Of a stretch of DNA of 64,000 nt, positions 37,368 to 50,921 are shown one piece after another. This DNA is from Paecilomyces variotii (Eukaryota). The stretch lies in NCBI GenBank assembly GCA_004022145.1, contig RCNU01000004.1. The stretch is one strand, 5' to 3'. Positions within the stretch are counted from its first letter, which is position 1. Every line of letters starts with the position of its first letter. Under the pieces are notes generated by a model. The model was not told the DNA's origin. It did no database searches and saw nothing but the letters and a program-made list of their open reading frames with translations. The translations under genes and the position numbers were made by a program.

Positions 37368-38598
37368 CTAAGCGGCGATGAAGTTGCGGACGTCTGTTTG
37401 AATAACATTATTAGCCATCTACTGGATGGAAGAGCGGCACAGGCTGGAACTTACTCTCGAGCCAGCGGACATATTCCTTCTGTTCCTTGACCTGGATATA
37501 GTCAGGAATGACGTTGGCGAGCTCAGCGTTGATGCCTCTTTCCTCGAGGTATCGCTCAATGTAGCTCTGCAGGTCCTCATCGAGGTTCTCGAAAGGAGGA
37601 CCGGCATACAGGCTCTGTCTAGCCCAGTCCTTCTCGGCGGTCTGGGCATGGGCCAGGTCGGACTTGTTGAAGTAGGAGACCTCCTCGACTTGGAAAACAC
37701 CATCCTGAGCAATAGTCTGGATCAACAGAGCACCGGATCCGGGCTTCTCAACAGTCACGTTGACACGGGCAGGGAAGCTGGGCTCCAGGTCACGGTCCAG
37801 GTCGTCATCCAGCTCGCGGTCGGCGGGAGCCACGCGGTCCTCAGTGTGCGAAGGGACGTTACCAGAAGGACGGCTCTGGTTGACTGGCTGGTGCTGGTAA
37901 TCCAGCTCATCGGAGAGAGCGGCATCGTCGAAGTCCTCCTGCTCACTCAGGTTCTGAAGGTCCGCAACGGTGAAAGTGACACGGATACTAAACAGAGTGG
38001 TCAGGTTCCAAGCTTCTTTCGAGCTGCTGGTCCCAAACAAACTTACTCTTCGTTACCGAACTTTCTCGTCAAAATCACCTCCTGCTCTCCGGGAACATCC
38101 TTGACCTATCGAGCTGTTAGTATATCGGCGGTTCTCAGCATAGGACGCCACTACGTCATACCTCCCAAGGGCCGTTCTCAAGCAGATATTTGACGTTCTG
38201 GACGGAGGCATCAAGGTCTTCGAGGCCAGAGGCCTTCTCGTGCTGCAGCTCCTCCTCGAACTTGGCGACGAGCTCGACATCACCTGGAATGGCAAAAGCA
38301 AACGATCAGCAAGGAACTCAAATTTTTCTCTTTCGCAGCTAGTCGCAAATTTTCAATGGCACATGGAAATATGCAAATTGTCTGTAGAAGTGTTCTTACC
38401 TTCGCCAGCAGGCTCTCTGAGTATCCTGGCCGTGGAGAAGGCCGGGTAGGAAGGTCTAGCAAGCTGCTTCCATGACGACTGGAGAAAGCTCGGCTTCTGG
38501 ATCGTAGACAGCGGTCGGACGGCTGATCTGGAGGAGAGAGCAACGGATCGAGAGAAAGTGCGAGGCACAGAGCGGGAGAATGCGCGAAGAGACAACAT
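37368..38598 (-). CDS. MAM33: Mitochondrial acidic matrix protein Mam33 (p32 family)
   Basis: Arg/Ser-rich presequence MLSLRAFSRSVPR, YAGPPFENLDEDLQ and YIQVKEQKEYVRWL. Multi-exon. Confidence 0.92.
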
Positions 38599-39021
38599 TT
38601 TGAACAGCAACACTGAGCTTGGGGCTGTGTAGATAGAGAAACGACGATGCTGTTGGTGTTTGTAGAGAGATGAGCGAAGTTTGGACGGAGGCAAGCGTAT
38701 GATGTTACCGTTCCGAGAGTTCGAGAAATGCCAAGACTTCGGGTCCCAGCTCAAGAAGACTTTAGTCCGACGGGGCAAACAGAGCTCTACGAAGGAGTCT
38801 AGACTAAGATTAACTAGCAGTATTGTTATTTTATTCCCCTAGTAAAGCTACGAAATTTTCTTGGGATTGAAATATATTATTGACATTTCATTGATAAGGC
38901 AAACATCCCATCTGTATAGCCGTAATTCTGGGTATTATGTATATCGGCATATGCAACGTAAAATCATTTCCCATGCATAAATAGCAAGCAAGCAAAAGCC
39001 AGACAAAATAAGATGCACTTT

Positions 39022-39716
39022 TCAAGACAAGCCTTTAGGCGGGAAACTGGAAGCTTGTTTGGTACCATCCCGCAGGAGGCGTATGAACTTCATCGTGCTC
39101 ATGTTCGCCCACTCTCCGTTCCAGACCTTTAGTCTTAAAACCACCTCCTCCAGAGTGAAATCTGGCATCCAGAACCCGGTAGTGAACTCCTTCCCCTCTA
39201 CTTGCGCGCGTTGTACGAGGGCATCTTCACGCTTGCTTGGTGGTCGTCCTTTTCTTCGCTCTTGTCGGAGCTCCTCGATCTCTGGCGCCGCGCGGTCAAT
39301 GAACCTGTGGAACAGCCAGTGCGTCAGTTGCGTGCCTCGAAGAGGAAAATTGCTAGCTATATATCACACTCACTTCTGTACAAGCTCTGCCATTTCATTA
39401 TCAGACAAGGCGCCTGAAGCGTCTTTTAGGCATTCCTGGAAGAAAGCGACTCTGTCCACTGCTGTTCGTCAGTCAAGGATTTCGGTGGAACTTGTGCATG
39501 GGACCAATCGCCTGTATACGACTGAAATCCTGCATGAAGGTACATACCATAAGACTGTCGTGTCCTCGATGTCACTGCCGCTGCACGGGCAAGTCTATCC
39601 TCCCGCGCCCCCGCTCGGCGCAGTCTCTGCGAGTCACGGCTGTTCTCATGGAGAGCTTCGAGTTTGCCGCGCTTCTTGGTGATCTGCTTCTGAACCTTGT
39701 AGAGCCCCTTCGCCAT
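39022..39716 (-). CDS. TMA16: Translation machinery-associated protein 16, 2 introns
   Basis: LHENSRDSQRLRRA, ERRKGRPPSKRED and GFWMPD..WNGEW..KFIR. Confidence 0.88.
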
Positions 39717-40162
39717 GATGTGTGATCTCTTTGGTTTCCCAACCACAGCTTCAGAATGCGGGGCGATGACGCTGAAAGTCCCTTGCGAGATTCTGGAATG
39801 AACCCATTCTCACCGGAGCAGTTTTTTTCTTTTTTGGACCAGCAGAATCTCAAGGCGGTGAGAACGGGAAGCAGCGTTGGACGCGGGGAGCCAATCACTG
39901 CGCATCTCCAAGCGGACGATCCAGTCTTCGCGTGTCGCGTCGTTCGCCGTGAACATTCCCCAGGGCAGGCTTGATGTGACGTTCTCCCCAGGCACCATCT
40001 GTTGCTTGTTACTTTCTCTCTCTTCTTATTACCAACTTGTGAATCTCTAATTGTCTATATACAGTCGTTCCCTGGAGAGTCGGGGTAATCGGTGTTGAAC
40101 GAATGCTTTTTGGGTGCATGTAAACAAGACGGGGGTCGCCTCGTCTTTGGAAGGTGCCCACT

Positions 40163-42574
40163 ATGGGCATTCAAGGTATGGACACCGAGATGGTTCTGGG
40201 AATTCTGCGAGCATTATAGTGACAGCCTCAGGTCTCCACGGTCTGCTCAAGTCGATTCAGAAACCATGCAATTTGAAAAAATTCAGTGGCCAAACTTTAT
40301 GTGTAGACGCCTATGGATGGCTGCATCGAGGCACCGTGGCTTGTGCCGTTGATCTGGCCCTGGATAGGCAGACGAGCAAGTATGGCTAATTACCCATGCT
40401 TAAATGCAGGCCGCTCACCTCATCCCAGGCACATTGACTTCGTCATAAACCGTGTACGAATGCTGCTTTACTTCGGGGTCACGCCATATCTGGTCTTCGA
40501 TGGAGACAATCTACCCAGCAAGTCCGGCACCGAGGCCGAAAGACACAGTCGCCGGCAGGAAAGCAAACGACTCGGGATGGACCTCTACCGCAAGGGAAGA
40601 ATGAGCGAAGCTCACCAGGAGCTGCAAAAAGCAATCGACGTCACCCCGTACATGGCCCGCCAACTAATCGAGGAGCTGAAGAAGATGGAGATCCAATATG
40701 TTGTCGCCCCATACGAAGCAGACGCCCAGATGGTATATCTCGAGCAACAGGGGATAGTCAATGGGATCATCTCGGAAGACTCAGATTTGCTCGTGTTCGG
40801 TGCCAAGCGTCTTCTGTCGAAATTGGACCAGCACGGGGACTGTATCGAAATCAGCCGTGGTGACTTCGCAGCGTGCAAGGATGTTAGCTTCATTGGCTGG
40901 ACCGATGCAGATTTCAGACGCATGTGCATCCTCAGCGGATGTGATTACCTTCCCAGTATCCCCAAGATGGGACTGAAGACTGCTTATCGCAACATCAGAA
41001 AGTACAAGAACGTGGAAAGGGTTCTGCGCATGCTCCAGTTTGAAGGCAAATATCATATTCCAACGGACTATCTAGACAACTTCAAGCAAGCGGAGTTGAC
41101 TTTCCTTTACCAACGTGTCTTCTGCCCCAAGGCTGGAAGATTGGTCACCCTCACAGCGCCGGACGACAGTGTCAAGCTGGAGGAGATGCCCTTCATCGGT
41201 CATGACCTTGAACCTGAGGTTGCTCTAGGGGTTGCGTGTGGGGATCTCGATCCGATGACAAAGGAACCGATCGTTTTGAAGCCTGCGGTCGCGGGAAGGC
41301 TGACTGCGAGTTTGACCAGGAGACAGACGCTGGCCTCTTCTACGGAACTCAAGCCTAACAAGCCAATCAACTCATTTTTCACACCGAAGCGTATGCCGCT
41401 TGCTGAGCTGGATCCTAATTCTCTTACTCCCTCGCCGAGCCAGCAGCGTCTTCTGGAACGGCACGCGAACAGTTCGTGGAGTGCGAGTCCGGCCCCAGAA
41501 CGCCAGGGCTTGACCCGGTCGGCATCTGCAGTATCGTTGTCTCGTCCAGCTGGCAGCCCTCTGATCCGAACTGCCGAGAGGGAATCTTTTCTGGCTCGAG
41601 CAGGTCGAGTCTCCGCGTTCCAGTCAGTCAAACGTCAGCGACTGTGTTCAGATGCAGATGAAGAGAAGCTCCCATCTGGCGGGTTGTGTCGCAGCAAATT
41701 TTTCGCTACAAAGGTGGAGGACCCCAGTCCTAGCGGACAGAAAGCCACTCGGGTCAAGAAAGCCAGGAAGTCTGACTTTGGCGTGTTTTCTGACGACGTT
41801 GCTGAGGACATCATGTCGTCCCTTCCCGACCCTGCTCCCGCGGATGAGCCAGCTAGAGATGAAACGTCGGTGGCTGAAACCCCAGATGTTGAAAGAGTGT
41901 CATCCTTGGTAGCGACGACAGAACCCGCAGAGGTTTCCGAAGACGCACAAGGGGAGAGCGGAGATAGTTCTGAGGACTCCCCATCAACAGATTCGAGCAA
42001 CGAGTCCAGTAACGTCCAGAGCGATGCCACATCGCCGACTACCACGACATCCGTCAGTGCTGATAGTGATCCGGAGCTTTTCAACCAGGTGTTGGAGTCA
42101 CATGTACAGAAACTCAACTCCAATCTCCTATCCAAGTATGCATTCAAAGACGACGAATATTCAGCATCAACTGGCAAAGCTGGAGCGCACCTGGATAATC
42201 CTGTGCAAGAGAAAGTCTCTTCAGCGACAAACGCAAATATCCCATCGCTGAAGCGACGCGCAGCGCTCAACGCATTGCCTTCGAAGCTGCAGGGGCTGAC
42301 ACCTCTGCAGCGTCTGGGACAGAGCGCTTTGAGCCGATCTAAGTCCTTGAATCAACTTGGCATACATGTTCCTGGTCCCGCAAGAGTCTCCAGGTATGAG
42401 ACTGACTTGGGAAGAGCAGCGAAGAACATTCCGGCGATTCCCGCGACAAACGACCATGGCAGTGAGGATCTCCTGGTCCCGAATAGCGATGAGGAGGATA
42501 TCGATGACAAAGACCACGACGCGAAGCCTCCCGTTGCAGTGAATCTGAGCCGGTTTTCCTACACACCTAGATGA
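40163..42574 (+). CDS. EXO1: Exonuclease 1 (XPG/FEN1 family), 2 introns near the 5' end
   Basis: MGIQ|GLHGLLK, VDAYGWLHRG, VFDG, APYEADAQM, SEDSDLLVFG, LSGCDYL and RSKFF (MIP-box-like). Confidence 0.95.
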
Positions 42575-43728
42575 AGGATGGATTAATTAATTGGCTATGA
42601 TTAAGAGGAGGCCTATAAGTACGCATTGTATAGGAGTTTGGTCCTAGTGATAACTGTTTGGGAATATCGTTCGTATTAGCGCCTTTGAATAGGCTGTGAC
42701 ATTGGTGTTGGTTTCTATACTTGGGAAGAGCCAGGCGTGTGAGGCGTTTCGACGTCATGATAGTACTGTTTAGGGATATGAAACGTAGCTCCAAATATAA
42801 TAGTGATGCTGTTACCACGATATAATCAAAGCTCATGAACAACTGTCTGTGTTGGACTGTCCGAGCGTGGATGCCGCGTGGATGCCCAGTTGGCCCGTGT
42901 TGGGCCGATCATGAGGCGATAACAGAATAAAAAACGAGGCTGGAGCGATAAGCGATCGATGTTGAAATGGCGATCCCGCCGCTAAACCACATCTAGGTTA
43001 GCATAGGGCGGTTCTGCCGGGCGGTGAGACACTGGTTACCGTGGAAAGGCCCCGCGTAAACAAAGCCCGTTGGCCCAGCCTCCCAGCAGGACTATGAGAT
43101 GCCAGCCACCAGGTCCATCGCCAATGATACGCTCTTCGTCCCCGACCTCATGAATTAACGAGAATACGTGCAACTTAGGAGCGGACGAGACGGTCTCGCT
43201 CGTTTGGTTTCTGCCTTGACGTGGGCGGGAAGGATTTGTCCCTCAGTCCCTTTTCCATTCCCTCTCCCTGCTCTCTGATTCCTGACTCTTACACCCGATT
43301 CTTACCGTCACCTGAATGTCGCCGTGGACAAGGATAGTTTGATTTCTGACCATATTTCTGTTTTGACAGGTCCTTGGAAAGTTGTTTCTTCTGTCAGTTC
43401 TTGCCAGAACCGTAAGGACCCAGAAAGAGGTCCTTATATGAGCGACATCTCGATTTCTCCGCATTCCATACCAGCCCTGATCCACTACGGGACTACTGTG
43501 TCCCACGATAGCTTTCGTGCCAGTATCTGGCAGACACCCTATTCAGCTGGCACATTCCTACGAACGTCTGTCGACGCCTGGATTGGCTCTTGACTGAACC
43601 GTGTGCTGTGCTGAGTGGGAGCGTGGTTGCTCGATACTCCTTCTCGGAGACCCGAGAAGAGAGGTCAAGCCTAGGATCGCGGGGAGGGAAGCCATAGGCG
43701 CGTTGATGGTGGATAGGGATTGTGCACC

Positions 43729-44769
43729 ATGGCTACTCTGAGATTCACGACCGGTGTAAAAAGTATGTGTCGCATAGCAGTCCCTCTCATATCATTGCTA
43801 CTGGCATGATGGCCTACTGTCAGAAACCACGTGCTAACGTCTTCACTCAATAGGGTTTATACCTCTGATAGGTTATCATCATGTGTTGATGATATTCATT
43901 GCACTTTCTATTATTCTTCTCTGTGAGTCAGCCCATTGACCCTGAGTTTGAACTGAACTACAATCGAAAGAAAGACACTAACGACTATTCCCCTACAAAG
44001 CTCTCTTGTTGGCAGGCTGTTCATCGTCTTCTCCACAAATACCAAGCATCTTCCTGATATCGCTCTACTACGAGAAATATGAACCAAACTTTAACCCCGC
44101 TCAGGTAGACCCTGGTGTCACAACCGCGATAGCAAACATCGTCGGGGGAGCGGAGCTTGAAGTTCGGGTGGGCTATTTTGGCATCTGTATCCAGCCTGAT
44201 GGAGGATCATGGATTTGCAACAACAACGCCACAGCTCTAGCGGAAATTGTCACGGTGGATCAGGATCCTTTGAACTTGATCTGGGTTTCATCCACATTCA
44301 AAGACGCGGTTGTCTTCCCCTATCTGATGTAAGTGTACTCCAGCTTACAACCACACCTTGCCTCAGTACTGATTGATTTCTTTCTAGAATTGTTGCTATC
44401 GTACTCGCCTTTTTCTGCTTTATTCTGCTCGCGACATTCCCAGGATGGCATGAAGAAACAGACGCCACTGGTTCGGAACGGGAAGTGAAACCGTTCCCTT
44501 CGCGTCCAGTATCACAAGCCGCTCTGGCGCTGATTTTCGTATCTTCCGTATTCGTTCTGGTATCAGTGTTGTGGCAACACACGGCCTCAGTGGCCGCCAG
44601 TACGATCGCACAAGACATGGGCAACGGCAGCGTCAAGAGTGGCGTAGGCACCTCAGCAATGGTGCTCGGTTGGTTCGGTTTCGGATTCCTAGTAGTCGTC
44701 ACAATCGGACTGCTGGTCATGATTCTGAGCATCAGCCTACTACGAGAATTAACGGACGACGTGGATTGA
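43729..44769 (+). CDS. FIG1: Fig1-family Ca2+ influx/membrane fusion protein, 3 introns
   Basis: GYHHVLM, LLAGCS, VRVGYFGIC..WIC, DPLNL, VKPFPSRPV and LWQHTASVAA. Confidence 0.87.
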
Positions 44770-45487
44770 AACATATGATGGACGGGAAACGAAATTAATG
44801 CTGATCGACGACATAATCTGACTACTTAAGGGACGGGTATTTGACTTGGGAACTTGTGAATGGGTTTATATGGTCTGATGGGATTTACTAGAGACAGGGA
44901 GAGAAACCACGACGCTTCGACTACTACCTCTTACGCGTCGCGAACCTCTTCCCGCCTCGAAATATGATTTGATGGTTTATGCATCTTCTTAATTTTCTAT
45001 TTCTTCTTCATATGGAGGTTACGTACTTTGGGATCCACTCACAAAGGGAATTTGGGGAACATCTGTACATTTTTTTTTACGAACGACTGAAATATGGGAC
45101 TGGGTTCGATCGAGACTTACAAAACTAACTCATTTGATCCCCTTTTGTGATTTCACATTGTACTACGTAGTATATTTTGTTTTTTCGGGATCGCGTCATT
45201 TCCTGGTGTATTTTACGAATAACACAATGCAATTACCAAAAAAGCAAGTAACTAGATAGATCGTTAGTCACGAATATAGTTGTTCTCATTTCTCGATTCG
45301 TTTGCATATATGATAATACCATAATTGGATTCATTGAGATACAAAGAACCCGATCCAACTCCCATAAAACGCCATTGCTTGCCCTTTAATTCCTGACTCG
45401 TTGTGAATAGGGGGATCCAAATTTAGACCCAATTCCCTGAACCCATTATGACTGTGTATAAACAAGAAGAAGAAAGTAAATGAAGAT

Positions 45488-47185
45488 CTAAAACTCCATT
45501 GCGTCTGGTCCGCTTTTTGGTGCGTCATCACCGCGCTCACGCTTGCCGACTCGTTCTTCCTTGATCAGGCCCGCGATGAACGAGCGGAAATAGTCAATGT
45601 ATGGTTTTAGGCTGGTCTTTTCGTAGTCTTGTAGTTTTCGTCCTCCTCTAGTGTCGGAATCGAGTTGCGTGCTTCCATCGCCTTCGGGGATGTCGGAGTT
45701 GGTGCCGGCTGGATGCTGGGCGTCATAGGCGTCGATCTCGGATAGAAGGTCTAATACCGTGGGGACGGAGAGGGGGTCAAATTCATCCACTTTGCGGCCA
45801 TCGATGGGGACACAGACACGTCCGGTTCCTGGGTGGATGACGAAAGGGCTCTTGAGCAAATGGATCATCTTCTTGCTGACTTCAGCGTCCAGTCGTGGGT
45901 AGGTGTATTCAAGGACGATGTCCTGCTTTGCGTCTCGCAGAGCGGCTGGGTTCAGGGTACTGCTCTTTCCTGTCTTTGCGAGAGCGTCAATATCGGCCCA
46001 TTTGCTCGTGCTGGGCCGGTCTGGTGCTGAGTCCCACTTCTTGCGGAGCGCATCGTTGAGGGTCTTATCTGGCAGAAGGGCAAGAAGTCGATCTGCTTGC
46101 TCTGAGCTGACAAAAGTATCCTGATCAACAAGGGTTGTTTGCGCAAAATATGGTTTGAGGATCTCAAGACTGCGTGCGATGTGCGGATGCAATGGTCGCT
46201 TCAGGTTCACTCGCTTTCCACTCTGGGATCCTCCGCGGACGAGCTCGAGGTAACCCGCAATGGCTCTTCGTCTGTCATCAGGCAGGTTGCGGGCTCGCGG
46301 GTCGCAGACCCATGCGTGAGCACCACGCCGACCTGAGTAAACCCACATGATATGCTCGAATCCAAAGTCCTCTCGCAGGGCGGCATCCACCACTTTGATG
46401 GACATTGTGACAAACGCCCAGCACTTCCCACAGATATTCGCCTTTGTACAGCAGGTACGAATGTCATCGTAATCGGTCAAATCGATATCAAATACTAGTT
46501 CCTTTGATAAGGGTTTCATCTGGCCGCCGCGTAGCGTCTTTCGGTCACGAGGATTCGTGCTATAGACAGGCCCGATTTCGAAACGGGAAGGGTTCATTTT
46601 GAGAATGTCTTTACGAAACCTTCAGGTGAATGCGTTAGTGCATGGTAGAATAGCTAAGTTCGAAGTCTTATGCTTACAGATCAGCCGTTGCATATGATTG
46701 ATATCGCAGGTACGCTTCGTTCTGCAGCGTGAGCGCAAACTCTCGATTGCCGAAGTCGCGCGACGGTATGATGCCATGGTTCAACCATTGGAATATGTAT
46801 CTGAAAGGGAATAATCGTTGATAGAACGCGAGCATGACTTCTGTATCCACCTTCTGAGCTGCGGGGACAGGAGTGCTAGAAATGATCAGTCTTGGATGAC
46901 TTGGATTATTCCTCGAGCAATAGCTGCTTACATTGTAGGCTGTTGCATGGACGAGTTCCCATTTTTGTTATCTGGCGCACTTGATGCAGGAAATTCATCG
47001 TCGTCATCGTCATCGTCATTAAAGAGGTCCTGAAGTGGTACTCCGGCCTTTGCATCCTCTGCGCGTTCGCCCTCCGATTCCCCTTGAGTCTGATCGTTCG
47101 AGGTCTCCGCTGGGGGTGCGTCCGGGAGGACATCATCTTCGCCCTCTCGACGAGGCGAGCTATTCCCTGATACTGAATGAGGCAT
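45488..47185 (-). CDS. PRI1: DNA primase small (catalytic) subunit, 2 introns
   Basis: NREFA, FEIGPVY, KELVFDIDLTDYD, WVYSGRRGAHAW and HLLKSPFVIHPGTGRVCVP. Confidence 0.96.
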
Positions 47186-47269
47186 GACTGCGTCCTGGTG
47201 TCCCGGCGTGTTGGTTACCTTGTCACGATACCTTCCGGCTCTCTAACTCATGAACCAACTGCCCGTTCC

Positions 47270-47300
47270 GCGGCGACGCGACCAGACGCGACAGACGCGT
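47270..47300. promoter_or_regulatory. Tandem MCB-like elements upstream of PRI1
   Basis: Three GACGCG motifs including a perfect ACGCGT at 47295-47300, about 90-115 bp upstream of the ATG. Confidence 0.65.
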
Positions 47301-49703
47301 AGAGTACTCGGGTAGCCCTAAGCCCTAATTATGACCGATAGAGATTTTATCACGTGACAATGTATTCTTCCGGCTATATTACATAATCACATTGCCGACT
47401 CAATTCTGACTAGCCAGTTATGAAAAGCTCCTCTTCGTCCGCAAACAAACATCTCTGTTTCCTATATATTCGACGTCTGCCAAGGTCATCTATTCGCTCG
47501 TGCCGCTTGCGGAATACTCGCTAACGCTGTGCTTGGAACGGCCCAGAGAAAAAGAAGTCAATGCCATTTACGCAGTCTCGGACCGCTTTCCGATCCCTGT
47601 GATTCTGGGGTGGAACGTTAACGTCCAGAGAATGAGATTATTTATAGAACTGGACCTGAAACGGCCAGACGCACTTCTACCAATATTACTTTGGCAAAAA
47701 GAGAGCTACTTCGAGTTCTCCTAGTGAAAACTAATGTTCTTAGAGTACATTACATCGTCTCTATGATGCCAAAGCAACTTGCAAAAAGAAGTACTCATCT
47801 CGTCATCGACTTCAGTTAGCTGAAGCTTCTATCTTCTTATAGCACTGTACTACAAGTCTATAGGAGGGGCCTAACTCCGATGTTGACTAGCCACATTCCT
47901 GAGATGCTCTGCTTGGTGCTTCTATGGATTCGATCCAGCTTGCTGGCACAATGTTAGCGGAGAGGCCCACATTCCAGTGCCATCACGATTAGTTTCCGGC
48001 TCAACACCTGCAGCAACTCATTTCTCTTCTGTCCAGACAAAGCCTCATGAGTCGCTTGTCCGTTATTCAATCCCGACATACGATGCATTGGTGTACTCCA
48101 CGATGACGAATGCGATTGACACAATGGCTTGCACTGCAGGTCCTTGCCTAGCTAAATCTATTTAGGGGCATTTGCTTATTATATGCTGACTATACGCTTG
48201 CACTTCGATATGTACCATACCGCCCCGAGTGCATGTACCCATTAGCCACAGGCACATACTCGGTACGGTTGCTTCCGGACGTTGACCACGGAAAGAGTAT
48301 CACGCTGTCAGAATTTTCGTTGACACCATCTAACCGCTACCACCTTGCGCAAAATCCATTCAATGCATAGCTCGTTGATGTCTGTTACCGGTTGCAGCAG
48401 CCTTAGTCAGTGTTCCTGAACAGTTTTTTCCCACTCTTGTGGCAATGTGATACTCCAGAAAATATACGGGCTGTTGCATTGTTGCAGGCCTATCCGGTCA
48501 ATTCGCGGTCCGTTTACAAATTGAGACGGCCAATAGACTACATGCGTCATTCTATATCACATTTCACCATAGATTGGCTCATCTCACTCATTGTCTCCCC
48601 GCAAATGTATTTGTTTTCAAGGTGAACTGAAAGCCACCCAACAGAATCAACTCTACACCAACTGCACGCATTGGTCAATATATCCGCTGTCACCGTCCTG
48701 CGCACCTATCATACGCTTTCATCTACTCTCTTTTCCTGTTGATTCCTCACTGGTCATATCCTGCCATTGCACTTCCTTCTACTTCTAGCCTCGTTGGCTT
48801 GTCTCCGTTTCCAGAACCCATCAAGTGGAGACCTTTTACTACTCACGTCGAGTCTCGCACGACTGTTTTACTGTACTCAGATCCTGTTCTCTTGCGACCA
48901 TATGGGTCTGCCCAGCCTGAGCACATTTCCCGCTCTTGCCGAGTCCTTCTACAATTCTAAGCACTGAACGCACTTGATGGCTGACTGTTCGACACTATAT
49001 CGGCCCACCAGGAAAAGCCGTCTTTGCCACTTCCGGTCTACATCTTCTAGTGTTCCATTATCGCTTGCTGTCCTGTTTTGGTCATAGAACAATCTAGTGT
49101 ATCATGACGACAGCCGTTATCAGCTGTCTACACCGTTTTTGTCTCTTGCTGGCTTGGCTCTACAATATCCGTCCACGAGTCTGTCCATTCAATGCACGGA
49201 GAATGCTTCCCTGCTTGAGCTTTAGTGCCATGTAACCTATCAATGTGTTCTATTGTCACAGTTCCACTGGAACTGGAGGCTAAGCCCGTTGTGCCAATGC
49301 ATCGTTCTCTTTCGGCGACTGTACTTCTACACCTATTACCTTCTGTTTTCGGAAGTTTGTACAAGCTTCCAAGATAAGTCGATGGGGACTTTTCGTATCA
49401 TGGGATTGTGCCACCCCATTTTCAGCCAGATGGTGGATCTTGACCTGATGCGGCTCTTGTTCCTGTTCCTGTTCCAGTGCGGAGGTCCTGGAATAATGTC
49501 CTTTCGCAGGTTATATAAACTGGTCTCTGACCGTCGGTGGATTTCTCTTTCCTCCATCATCATCACAACCACTCGCTTTCGAGGACAAATAATCATTTCC
49601 TCTTCCATTCGCTCGGTTCATTCGTTTTGCTAGTGAAATCTTGGGAGTTTCCAAACACTTTTGACATTCTTTCGTCGCTCAATCCCGGCTACCAACTATC
49701 ACA

Positions 49704-50921
49704 ATGGTTAAAGCAGGAGCTATTGCCTTGCTGGCTATTGCCGGCCCGGCTTTCGCTGGAGTTGTGAAGGAACGCGGAGGGGAATACATTGTTCCCTTGT
49801 CCACGGGCGTTCTTCCTCCTCCTCCTCCTCCACCTCCACACCACACTCCTCACCCTCCTCCACACCACACTCCTCGTCCTCCTCACCACACTCCTCATCC
49901 TCCTCACCACTCCCCTCCGCCTCCTCCGCCTCCTCACTGGCCCACCTGGTCTGTCTCGACACCTACGCCCGAAGTGACGGTGTCCACGCCCTGTGAGACG
50001 CCTACGCCTTGGGAGACTCCATCGCCAACGCCCTGGGAGACTCCATCGCCGACGCCCTGGGAGACTCCATCGCCGACGCCCTGGGAAACTCCTTCGCCGG
50101 CTCCTTGGCCTACTCACTCTTGGGGGCCGTGGCCTAACCAGACCACCGAGTACATCACCAAGACGACTACCATTGTCACTACCACCTGTCCAGTTACCTC
50201 GTCTGTCATTACTACTGGAACGGAGACCCTCACTGTCCCAGTCACTGAGACGAACACCATCACTCTTACCACTACCACCGTCTGCCCTACTGTGGTCCCT
50301 GTCCCCAGCTGCACCACTGGCTATGTTACCAAGACAGCGACCATTGTCACTACCACCTGCCCAGTTACCTCGTCTGTCATTACTACTGGAACTGAGACTC
50401 TCACTGTCCCAGTGACTGAGACCAACACCATCACCCTCACGCAGACAACTGTTGTCCCGACTGAGATTCCAATTCCAGTTCCCACAACTATCGTTCCTGC
50501 TCCTCTGCCTGGAAAGAACGAGACCTACACCACCAAGACGACAGCTTATCTGACCACCAGCTACCCAGGTAATACAATAACCCTTGACCCTAACTTTAAA
50601 TATGATTTAGCTAATACAGGTGTAGTTACTTCATCTGTCATCATCAGTGGAAACTTTACGCGAACTGTCCCAGTTACCCAGAGCAGCACCTACACCCACA
50701 CCGCTGTCACTGTTGTCCCTGTTGTCCCTGCTCCCGAGAAGCCTAGCTATGTGGCCCCCGCTTCCTCCGAGCCTACCTCTGCTGCGGAGAAGCCTACCTC
50801 TGCCCAGCCGACTCCTGTTGGCCCTAGCAAGGCTCCTGTCTTCACTGGTGCTGCTTCTCGCCTCGACAAGCCCGTTGCCGGCTTCATTGCCGCTGCTGTT
50901 GGTGCCATGGCTCTCCTGTAA
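49704..50921 (+). CDS. GPI-anchored Pro/Thr-rich cell wall protein (adhesin/extensin-like); probable intron 50569-50625
   Basis: Signal peptide, PPHHTP repeats, ETPSPTPW repeats, duplicated TIVTTTCPVTSSVITTGTETLTVPVTETNTITLT units and C-terminal FTGAA plus hydrophobic tail. TATA-like TATATAAA at ~49512. Confidence 0.9.
   Translation: MVKAGAIALLAIAGPAFAGVVKERGGEYIVPLSTGVLPPPPPPPPHHTPHPPPHHTPRPPHHTPHPPHHSPPPPPPPHWPTWSVSTPTPEVTVSTPCETPTPWETPSPTPWETPSPTPWETPSPTPWETPSPAPWPTHSWGPWPNQTTEYITKTTTIVTTTCPVTSSVITTGTETLTVPVTETNTITLTTTTVCPTVVPVPSCTTGYVTKTATIVTTTCPVTSSVITTGTETLTVPVTETNTITLTQTTVVPTEIPIPVPTTIVPAPLPGKNETYTTKTTAYLTTSYPGNTITLDPNFKYDLANTGVVTSSVIISGNFTRTVPVTQSSTYTHTAVTVVPVVPAPEKPSYVAPASSEPTSAAEKPTSAQPTPVGPSKAPVFTGAASRLDKPVAGFIAAAVGAMALL

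Noticed and set aside
37426-38193. Long + strand ORF (255 aa), and similar ORFs at 22693-23607 and 41635-42270
   Set aside because: Antisense shadows of MAM33, the Zn2Cys6 gene and EXO1, with no recognisable motifs.
47400-49600. Scattered short ORFs between PRI1 and the GPI gene
   Set aside because: No coherent exon chain or domain recognised; treated as intergenic/promoter DNA.
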